The notes under the pieces: generated by a model
Told to the model about the DNA's origin: nothing
The model's input: the letters and a program-made list of their open reading frames with translations, nothing else
Databases searched by the model: none
Shown: in pieces, positions 46,717 to 55,829 of the stretch
Position numbering within the stretch: position 1 is the stretch's first letter
Layout of the letters: every line of letters starts with the position of its first letter
DNA from: Piedraia hortae CBS 480.64
Lineage: Eukaryota
Direction of reading: 5' to 3'
Assembly (NCBI GenBank): GCA_010093745.1
Contig: MU005958.1
Location: 620,001 to 675,829 of the forward strand
Length of the DNA stretch: 55,829 nt
Made by a program: the position numbers and the translations under genes

Positions 46717-49119
46717 ATGGATGACGCATGGTTCCATTCGTTTACCACCAGCCTGGCACCGGCCACGGAGAAGAAACGAAGACAGTCATTGTTTCAGCGA
46801 CCTGCAAGTATCCCTGACACATTTTGCGCTGACAACTAACTGGAGCAGGCGGGGGAACAAAAGGAGCAGGATACGATACAGGCAATAGTTGAGACGCCGG
46901 ACGAATGGAAGGGACCGCCTAAGGCCACGCCGCCGAGAAGAGCGCAGAGTAGTAGCGCCTGTTGCGCTCGCAAAGAGAGACACCGACCCCGGAGGTTGAG
47001 TGTGGATGAACCGAAAGATTCGGAGGAAGATTCGTTCAATGTAGAGTTCCTGAAACATGAAGCTACGTTATTGGAGGAAAGTCATGCGAAGTATCAGACT
47101 TATCTGGAACAGTTGCAGTTTTCGGCAGCACATATGAATGGCATATTGGCATCCACAACGGAAACACTGAATATGCTCGCCCGCCTATCCAATTCATTCA
47201 AAGCTGTTGAGGAGCAAACAGAGGCTTTCCAACAACAATGCGAATCCCTAGTCAAGGAACAGAAGCGGTTAGGCGGGCTGGCAGATGCGATTGAAGAAAA
47301 CCTACGCTATTACACCTTCTTGGAACCCATGACGCGTCGATTGAATGCCCCTGGGGCTGCTAATCTTGTCAAGGGCGAAGACTTTCCAGAAATGCTGTTC
47401 CAATTAGACAATTGCCTGGCATATTTAGAGTCTCATCCAGAGCACAAGGAGTCGGCAGCGTATCGCAGTCGCTATCGGTTGCTTCTTACGCGAGGCTTGA
47501 CCCTTATCCGGCATCATTTCACCAAGTCTTTGGGTGAGATTGCCGCTGATGTCAGTCGAAGGGTCCAAGGGGGTCAGCTAAAAGAAGCCACTCACTCAGC
47601 CCTCCTCTATGCTAAGTTCCGTGTGCCTGCACCGGAGCTCAAGGCATTGGGGCTGGAAATCCAGAAACGAGCAGTCCCGACTCCGGACGATGTCGATGCT
47701 GGTCGTGAGCCGGAATATGCCAGCTTGCTTCGCGAATTGTACCAGTCTTACACCACTACTCGCGGGAGACTGATCCTTCCCATGGTCAGCAAGAAGATGG
47801 TGGAACTAGATTCTGGCTCACTGCGGATTGACGTGCTGGGCTTCGCCAAGAGCAGTCTGGGCTTTATGCGTGGAATATGCCTCGACGAGTATGAGCTATG
47901 GTTCGAGTGGTTTGAAACAGACGGGGCACTGTACGAGTTTTTGGAGAGCTTAATGGAGCCCATGTACGACTATTTGCGGCCCAAGATCATTCATGAGACA
48001 AAGTTGGAGAAGCTTTGTGAGCTCAGTGCCATGATACAGGGGGCATATGTCGATGTCGACGATGAGGAAGACGACGTCACAAGCCTCAGGCCTCGTCAAT
48101 CAAGTAGAAAATTGAACTTTGCTCGTCTTGCACATCCAGCACTTGAAGATGCACAGACACGGTTGGTCTTCCTGGCCATCACGATGCTGCGGGATGGAAT
48201 TGAGCATTACAAGCCGAAACCGGAAGATCTCGACTGGCCCAAGTCAAGCAATACCTCAACCAAAGGCGCTGCTGTACTGTCTGGCATCCGCAAGGCACTG
48301 CCCATGACAGGGGAGGATGGCACAACCGGACAGTGGTATCCTACGCTGCCAAAGGCCATCTGGTTGCTCCGCCGCATCTACCGGCTAGTCAACAGCGTCG
48401 TATTTGATGATCTGGCTCATCGCATAGTGCATTCGACAATACAATCCCTATTGTATGCAAGACAGCAAATCTCTTCCAAGAAATCGTCTCAAGACAGTCA
48501 ACTGTTTCTCATGATTCATCTCCTGCGGCTAAAGCAACAGATTGTGGCATTTGATATCGAGTTCAGCCCGCCCGAGGTCGACTTTGACTTTTCATCGATC
48601 ACCAATACCTTTTACGAATTGCGCGAGCGGGGTGCATTGTGGAATCCAGCATCATGGGTACGTCTCGTTAGCGGGGTCCTAGGGGGTGGCCTCTTGCCCA
48701 AAGTAGTCGAGAACATGCTCGACGCCAAAGCAGAGCTCGACGGCCGACTTCGAACTGTGATCAACGACTTTGTGAACGAGTATGCTAGTCGCATAGCGGA
48801 GTCTGTCGAAAAGATCACGCCATCATTCGACGCCCTGAAAGCGGTGCAGATGATGCAAGAAAGGGCAGAAAAAGAAGCACCCAGACTGCGAACGCAGCTC
48901 CAAGCATACATTGACGATGCCCGTACACGGGAGACACTCGTCGCAGCAGTCCGAAATCAGACGGTACTGGCCTATGAGGACTTCTTCGAGACATATCGTC
49001 AAGGAAGCGACAAACCACTAAGCCGAAAAGGCAAAGCTCGTGAGGGAGAAGTATGGAGTCCAGAAATATTTGGTGAGAAGATGGAAAGAATTTTTCAAGT
49101 CGGACCGGTGATTGAATGA
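46717..49119 (+). CDS. COG3: Conserved oligomeric Golgi complex subunit 3 (Sec34)
   Basis: YYTFLEPMTRRLNAPGA, YRSRYRLLLTRGLTLIR, LLYAKF, LEDAQTRLVF, WYPTLPKAIWLL.RIYRLVNS.VFDDLAH. The first exon joins via a GC-AG intron at 46804-46848. Confidence 0.93.
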
Positions 49120-49120
49120 G

Positions 49121-49816
49121 CTATAACAACCTCCAACCTTTGCACTCAAAGTTGGCATAGCAGCGGAATTCGTTGCTCAGCCCGCGACCGTGTTCGGGCT
49201 CGAAGCTCGTCACCTTGATCCCAACGGCACTGTACAGTCTTTGCACGAGCGCACTCATACGCTCACCCGTACAGGCGACCAATTTGGTATCCTTACTCCA
49301 CTGTTTGACCAGAAACCGCACGGTCAAAGCCATCTTGGTTTGGCAGTCATCAGAAAGGAATGGGGGGTCAATGATGACGCAGTCAAATGCGCGTTTTAAC
49401 TCGGCCGGGAGACGTAGGGGATGATTATAGTCGTACTGTACAAATTCCTTGCCAAACACGGCGAAGCGAGGATCATACTCCAGCAGCTTTACTTCTATTG
49501 AAGTGCTCTGGATGGTGTTCTTAAGCGCGACATAGGCACTTGGTGCGGATATTACAGCAATCTTGGCATTTGGGTGCAGCCCCTCGACCAGTGCTTGAGC
49601 GAGGACATCAGACGTTTGCTCAGAGTACCAAAACTGAGAAATATTCCAGTCTTCGCCAAATATTGACATTGTTAGTTTACCGGACTGTACATCAAAGTTC
49701 TTCTCAGCGGCGAGTTGCATCTCTTGAAAGCGTTGATCCTGGGCCTCTTTCTCGCACAGGAAACCCTGCAAGAGTGCCAGCGTATCTGCTGGCAACTCGA
49801 TCTTTTCCTCATCCAT
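49121..49816 (-). CDS. EFM5: eEF1A lysine methyltransferase Efm5 (N6AMT2 family)
   Basis: EDWNISQFWYS, IAVISAPS, LLEYDPRF, DPPFLS.DCQTK, CTGERM, GLSNEFRCYANFE. Confidence 0.93.
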   Translation of the reverse strand: MDEEKIELPADTLALLQGFLCEKEAQDQRFQEMQLAAEKNFDVQSGKLTMSIFGEDWNISQFWYSEQTSDVLAQALVEGLHPNAKIAVISAPSAYVALKNTIQSTSIEVKLLEYDPRFAVFGKEFVQYDYNHPLRLPAELKRAFDCVIIDPPFLSDDCQTKMALTVRFLVKQWSKDTKLVACTGERMSALVQRLYSAVGIKVTSFEPEHGRGLSNEFRCYANFECKGWRLL

Positions 49817-49948
49817 TGCTGTCTAGCGAAGCTTTTCCAAGCTGTTCGAGCCTTCGAACTTCGAGGCAACGACTAAGCGTAACGGAAGGGCCCGACCATT
49901 TTATCCCCATCAGCCTAACCGCATTGGGATGAAAATCAGCTCTGCTCC

Positions 49949-50289
49949 ATGCATCCCGTTTCGGTGCTTACCTTTGGCATCTTCTTCGCTGGCTACATCA
50001 CTGCTCGTTGGGATCTCGTCACACGACTCTACGAACTTGCCATTTTCGCCTGGGACCACGGAGTAATCGTGCGTTTTCCCTTTGAAACTCGCATTCTGCC
50101 ACTAACGGCCGCCAGACACGCCTTGCACAGGGCTTCGCGCTCATATCCATCTGCTTTGCGTTTCTCGCGGTGCCGGTGGAGCGCATTGCGTCACGAGCAA
50201 GCGGGGCAGGAGGAGAGTTGCCGGGGCCGGGGCTGCTCGACCCCGGCATCAGTGCAAAGGAACAATTGCGTCGGCGAGGGTCATTCTAA
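49949..50289 (+). CDS. 97-aa hydrophobic protein immediately upstream of GPI1
   Basis: Canonical 47-nt intron 50069-50115 (GTGCGT..ACTAAC..CAG). Product: MHPVSVLTFGIFFAGYITARWDLVTRLYELAIFAWDHGVI/TRLAQGFALISICFAFLAVPVERIASR..ISAKEQLRRRGSF*. Confidence 0.78.
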
Positions 50290-50304
50290 AATGGGTCCGT
50301 TAGC

Positions 50305-52281
50305 ATGCCCAAGTTGATGCGCCTTTTTTGGCCTTTGGATGCGGCAGGCAATGGCCAAGCCGGCGCGTTGGTTGGTTGGTGCAACTCGGAGCGGGACTTT
50401 CTCGTTGCCGCTGTTTTACCTGGCGTCGAGGCACGCGATGCAGAACACGCACTGAGGAATGGGAGTCTGTTGAGAAGCCAGCACCCACTTGAGCGATTGT
50501 TGAGGAGATGTGGCGGTCGGCCGTTGCAGGTTTTGGGTACTTTCAATGGCCCATGCGAAGGCCGGCTCTCTCTGCGCCAGACAGCCGATGACCTGGCTCC
50601 GCGGATCCTCGATCGTGGTGATGCCGAAGCGGTTCAGATCTTTGTCCTTGAACGGCCAAACCCTTGGCAAATGCAATACTTTTCCCTTGCGCCGCTCTCG
50701 CTGGCTGCGCGGCCGCAGTTGGATAAGGAAGATAAAGCTGAGCAGCAAAGAAAGGAGCGTCTTATTGCCAAAGTGAAACAGCATACTGTTGTAAGGCATG
50801 TCCACACGGCCCAAGAGATGGCGCTACCGGCCATCATCAGCCAGATTAATTGCTCTGCTGAGCTGGAAGGGCTGATGCGACGCAACATTGGCTGTGTGGG
50901 CGTCCAAAGGCCGAGGAGCCTGAGTGAATTGGCGGTGCAATTTGCAACTGAACTGGGGGCTAGAGTACTGGGCGGCATGCCCAAGCGGGCCCGATATCTC
51001 TCTGTGCGGGCACTGGGCACACTGTTAGTAATGCTACGAGTTGCGGCCGAGGTGCTGCTCACACTGCTGAACAAACGGTTATGGAATATCTCGATCCGAG
51101 ATGTGTCTGCTACGGCTCAACAAGTTGATATGAGGCTCCAGCAATTCTGCCACTGGCCCGGCCAATGGGTAGCCATTACGCGACGAGGACGTGACTGGGC
51201 AAGCTGTTCAGAAGGACATGCCGAGTATGTGCGTTTCTACAACAGTCTCTGGCTCGTGGCCAACGACCTCGTATTTGGCGTGGCCTTAGGAACATACCTG
51301 CTACAGCATGCTGATTACGTTGCAGCAAGAGCAGATGAGGCCGTTGCTACAGCGTCAGTGGCTGGTCTGCAAGGCCTTGTCCGCTGGCTAATGGACTGGC
51401 CTGCCGGGTTGAAGCTCAATAATGACTTGGCCTACTTCCTTGGCGACATGTTTCTCTGGGTTATGGAATACTGGGATGGTAGTATGAGACAGCTACGCCC
51501 TCTGCTGCCGCGGGCCGTGCAGCTCATTGCCTTGTCGAGCTTTGTCGGGGCCAGCTTGCCCATCAGCTTATTATCAGACGCACTCTCACTGCTAACGCTG
51601 CACATATGGTCATTCTACCTGGCGAGTGCTCGCTTGTATAGCTGGCAGCTAACGGTCATATACTCATTGTTCCAGCTCTTTCGGGGGAATAAGGTCAATG
51701 TACTGCGAAACCGCATCGACCGATGCGACTACGATTTGGACCAGCTGCTTCTCGGCACCATACTGTTCACGCTGCTGTTCTTCTTGCTGCCGACCGTCGC
51801 CGTCTTCTACGTCACTTTTGCGGGCGGGAAAATGGTTATCATCACCCTGCAGGCCTTACTCGATACAGCACTTGCTTGTCTCAATTACTTTCCGCTGTTT
51901 GCTTTGATGCTTCGAGTGAAAGATCCGCGACGCCTACCAGGAGGCATCCGCTTTGAGCTTTGCCCGTCAGTAGACTCTACTGTTCCAACGGCTCATGTGC
52001 GGCTAAAGGTAAATATCTCTGTTATCTCTATAGACTGAACTGACGCGTTACAGCCCATTTCTCTGCCACTGTCGCACATTTTTGCACAGTATGCGCAGCT
52101 TGGTGTGTCTCTACGACGTCATTACCTGTCAGCTCACGTAGCAAAGTGTCTGGCCACGGGGCAGGATGTGCCGTCAATGCAACGTCAGGGTTTATATGCA
52201 CTACAGTATCGCATGCTTCCCGAGCACAAGCTCAGCATCAGCGAGCTGTGGAAGCTTCTGACAGAGATGGATTGTAAATAG
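50305..52281 (+). CDS. GPI1: GPI-GlcNAc transferase subunit Gpi1 (PIG-Q)
   Basis: SATAQQVDMRLQQFC.WP, YVRFYNSLWLVAND, WLMDWPAGLKLN, LFRGNKVNVLRNRID.CDYDLDQLLLGTILFT, KDPRRLPGG. Intron 52009-52053; TAG at 52279-52281. Confidence 0.95.
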
Positions 52282-52328
52282 AACTAGCAACGAGTGAATT
52301 CAAAGGTCAAAGACCGAAACGTTCAACA

Positions 52329-53375
52329 ATGTCTCCACCACCACCACCACCACCACCACCCCAACAAGCGTCGTTGGTATCGTACCTGACGCACCCCATT
52401 TCCTACTCCTTCACTAGCCTAGCGCGTCGGCTCTCGTACGAAGGCGAGGACAGCCATACGTCTCTCGTGGCCCAAGCCCTCGCGGCGCCATCCGTCCCTA
52501 TGGCCGCTATTCCGCGGAAGTTATCCCCCTTCCAGCCGCCGCCACTGACGCCTCTCACCTTTTCCGCCACAGGTGCCTCCGCCCCGATCCTCTCGCATGC
52601 CTTGGGCGAGGAAATCCGCCTCCTCCTGCCTCCGCGCCTCCAGCTGGTCGAGAGCTGGACGTTAGCCTACTCCCTCGACCGCGACGGCAGCGCGCTATCC
52701 ACCCTCTACACACACTGCGACGCACTCGGCAGCGGCAAACGCGCCGGCTGGGTCCTCGTCGTCAAAGACGCTGACAAAAACGTTTTTGGCGCCTACCTCA
52801 GCGACTTCCCCAAGGCCCACCCCAGCTACTACGGCAATGGAGAATGCTTCCTCTGGCGCACAGTCCAAATGCGGCGGGAATCACGATCCCAATCTACACC
52901 GCCGCAGAACATAGCAGCTCCACCTGTGGATCTATTAGGCGATGATGACGATTTAATGAGCTTCCTCCCCCCACCTCCCTCAGCAGACACCGAACATCTC
53001 AATCTAGGTCGTCTTACGACCTTTCAGGGAAGTAGACCCTCCACGCCAGCGAGTCGAGGGAGCCGATCCGCTACACCAGCAGGCAAAACAGTAGACGGTG
53101 GTGTCTGTCTGCCCCCGAAAACACCGGCGCAGAAGAAACAGGGCCAGACGCTCCGTTTCAAGGCCTTTCCTTACACCGGCACCAATGATTTTAATATCTT
53201 CTGTCAGGCGGATTATCTCTCCGTTGGGGGTGGGGATGGGCATTATGGCCTTTGGCTGGATGGGAGTCTCAGCCATGGAGTCAGTGATACATCACTGACC
53301 TTTTGTAATGAGCCGCTAAGTGAGATGGGGAATGGGTTCGATGTTCTTTCTGTGGAGGTTTGGTTTGTGGGATGA
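52329..53375 (+). CDS. OXR1: TLDc-domain oxidation resistance protein
   Basis: LPPRLQL..WTLAYSL.RDG..LSTLY, FGAYLS, YYGNGECFLW, LSVGGGDGHYGLWLD, TFCNEPLS, VEVW. Confidence 0.92.
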   Translation: MSPPPPPPPPPQQASLVSYLTHPISYSFTSLARRLSYEGEDSHTSLVAQALAAPSVPMAAIPRKLSPFQPPPLTPLTFSATGASAPILSHALGEEIRLLLPPRLQLVESWTLAYSLDRDGSALSTLYTHCDALGSGKRAGWVLVVKDADKNVFGAYLSDFPKAHPSYYGNGECFLWRTVQMRRESRSQSTPPQNIAAPPVDLLGDDDDLMSFLPPPPSADTEHLNLGRLTTFQGSRPSTPASRGSRSATPAGKTVDGGVCLPPKTPAQKKQGQTLRFKAFPYTGTNDFNIFCQADYLSVGGGDGHYGLWLDGSLSHGVSDTSLTFCNEPLSEMGNGFDVLSVEVWFVG

Positions 53376-53627
53376 TGGGACGTTACGGATAGAGAGATGG
53401 CTGGGGTGTTGATTGTTAGGTGGTATACCCTCTCGCTGGATGATGTTTATGATTAGAGAACGTTCGCTTGTTGACTTTCTGTCTTGGTGGAGTTGATGAG
53501 CTTCACTGAGTCGAGTTGGTGGATTGTACGTGTGACTTGTACCTAAAGTCGTACCTCGGCGCAAAAGGATGAACTATATATCCCAATTTATCAGCTAATT
53601 ATACCTCATCCCAGAAAAGTCGAAATG

Positions 53628-53745
53628 ATTATTGCATTTATTGGAATATCTCATCGCGTACCTTGACGCCGCAATATTGAAAGATTATTGATATCTATTG
53701 CAATATCGACCCACACTTATTGCGATATCACCCCACTTATCTTTA
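53628..53745. repeat. Cluster of TATTGCAATAT-like repeats, possible DNA-transposon subterminal relic
   Basis: TATTGCAATATCGACCCACAC followed by TATTGCGATATCACCCCAC, plus GCAATATTG and TATTGGAATATC variants in AT-rich sequence. Confidence 0.45.
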
Positions 53746-54647
53746 AAGTGTACCTCTACTCAAAACTTCTCGAAAAATTATTTATAAATTATTGCCATCC
53801 GTACCCCATCAACAATGAAATGTTTTTCAAGTTTTTTTTTTGTTGTACTTTTGGCGGTGTGGTAGCATTGAAGACATCATGAGTCTCATTTGTGCGCTGA
53901 ACGCCGGATGTCTCGGATCCCTCAGACTCGATGTAGATGCTACTTTGACTCTTATCGGCTGGAATTGTGGCACTCTCGTCAAAACCGTCCGAATCGCTCC
54001 GGTACTGGTATCTGTAGGCTGTGACGCACTTGTAATCCCAGGAAACTTGCCCTGATGCCCTATCTCTTGTTGTAGCGATATCATCACGAGTTTCACTTTG
54101 GCATTGATCGCCCGGAGCATCTTTGTGAGCTGAAAACGTGATATATTGTCCAAACCATCTACACGAACCCAGCGCTGGTCCTTAAAGGCTGCGAGGCTTC
54201 CATATCCTGAAACCGTTACGATCTCAGTAGGGACGTTGAAATTATCCAGACACCGACCTCTGAGGGTTACGACGCCTCCGTATCTCAAGTAATTATTGTT
54301 TCGGCGCTGCATACTTCGTGCAAATATGGGTACCAGGTGAAGAAAGGTTGGCGTTTGAGATTTGTAATTTTTTTTAAGACGAAAATGGAAAGTGCACGTT
54401 TTGAAATCGGTCTCACCGGAAGTGTTCAATGTGTCTGATTATGGATATGGCCGTTTGTTCCTTATCGGGTTCGAGCCTTTAAAGGCTGAATATTTTAAGA
54501 TAATGGACTGTCAGTTGATATTACGCCTAATCTTACGATCGAAACTGCATTTGTCGACAGCCCGATAAATGACTTGCATCAGTTTCGTGACTGTGGCAAT
54601 CACAGCCAGTCTGGCCTAAACAAGCAATGGAAACAAGAAATCTCAAT

Positions 54648-55650
54648 TCAGTTAGAGCAAGTGTACCTTGGATTAACGCTTCGCGTCAGAACCACACCCT
54701 CTCTATCTCTTATCCCAATTCCCAGTGGAGCGTTCTCAGCCTTCTCCCATTCATCATAGTAATACCTTAAAAGGCAAACAAACCCGTCCATGTCCGAGAC
54801 CATCGAGAACTTCCAATACCAATCAGAGGGAATGAAAAACCCGTCGCCAGGGTACAAGGTAACGTGAATTGGTTGTGCCAGGTCAGGATACTCTGTTTTG
54901 TTGCATTGCGGAAAGGACGGGTCCTAGCTTGGTTGTTGGTGGTACTTGGGCATGATCTTTCCGTCTCGATATAGTTGCACAGCTTACATCCCAGCGAAAG
55001 GCATGGGGACTAATTTTCCCTCTTGCACATCCTCGACATTGAGACATGCGCGCTTGTATGGAGAAATGAGTGTTAACTCTGTTCTCCCGCGAATCTGGAC
55101 AAGTATTGTTCTTTGCAATTCGGCGAAAAGGCTTGTGTGCATGCAATTGTCTCCTAACAAAGCCTTAATTCTGTTTGGTTTGTGGTAACTCCGTCCAAAA
55201 AATCGGGCATGGGTAAGCTGTCTGAGTACCGTCGTGCAGATTAAAGCGGCAATAAGACTCTTTCGGTGGATGTCCCCTGGGATCGAGGAGCTTATCGATA
55301 AAATTGTTAAACGGCTCAACGACAGTTTCGATGAGCGGTACGCAGAGACGTTCCCCATTAGTGGCAGTAAACCGAGGGTCGGCATTCCCATTGACGGTGG
55401 GCAATACTGGGACCTTGTGACCAGTTAGTGCCTTCTGCAAATAGGATGCCGACCACAGTTGAGCTGCAGTCCAACGAGAAGCAGCAAGGCGGATGACAAG
55501 CGGCCAATTCGCCTTCAAGTGCATTTCGATCGTAACATCTTCTGGGTTCTTGTCATATTCAATGCTGAGCTGCTTGGCCAGGTATTGATGCTTCAAAATT
55601 TTTGCGCTCTCTTCATCCCATGGTGGACGACGACCTGTTTGGCCCTGCAT
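54648..55650 (-). pseudogene. JmjC/cupin-8 (JMJD7-like) pseudogene
   Basis: NWPLVIR..W.A..W..YL..V.V.PT.NGNAD, then LLGDN..TSLFAE..ILVQIRGR..TLISP, then *DP..LAQPIHVTLYPGDGFFIPSDWYW, spread over three frames. Confidence 0.72.
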
Positions 55651-55829
55651 GTTGCTGGATTGCCGTTGCAAGCTGTATGTGAACTGTGATGTTAAAACAC
55701 TGTTGGGGTTTCGAGCTGTCATTCAATCAATCCCAAAATGGAAAGCGCGACCTGTGATGAGTTAATGTTGTGAATATGCGGTATATTACGCGCATTATTA
55801 GTAACCGTCGCTCGGCTCTCGACTTCACG

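Noticed and set aside
53827..54429. 200-aa ORF
   Set aside because: Non-ATG start, no motif recognised, and it lies in AT-rich relic sequence.
54924..54926. TAG at an expected Trp as an A-to-I editing-rescued stop
   Set aside because: The same gene has frameshifts and has lost its metal ligands, so simple decay explains it.

Overview
Eukaryotic, intron-containing DNA from a filamentous ascomycete with a very compact genome. A Dothideomycete/Capnodiales-like origin is an inference. Most introns are 44-51 nt and intergenic gaps in core blocks are 1-250 bp. Core gene blocks are ALG10-PSF2-orphan-MRPL9; KAR3/klpA-LOA1-DAO-MPP10-MTR4-membrane protein; NUP42/AMO1; apsB/mto1; and COG3-EFM5-small ORF-GPI1-OXR1. 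They alternate with islands of decayed sequence: three solo LTRs of one family with perfect 5-bp TSDs, Gypsy gag, Tc1 and Helitron fragments, a telomere-linked-helicase-family fragment, F-box and JMJD7-like pseudogenes, and two tandem LURP-one-like genes. Three observations stand out. (1) Kinesin-14 has a 420-nt stop-free in-frame intron ('exitron') that splits the conserved KRxAWDxKG motif and encodes an SxIP motif. (2) A spliced 97-aa membrane-protein ORF ends 15 nt before, and in frame with, GPI1, a candidate dicistronic/readthrough unit. (3) The last kinesin-14 intron is unusually long and structured, bracketed by complementary G/C runs. All family calls are from motif recognition by eye; no database search was run.
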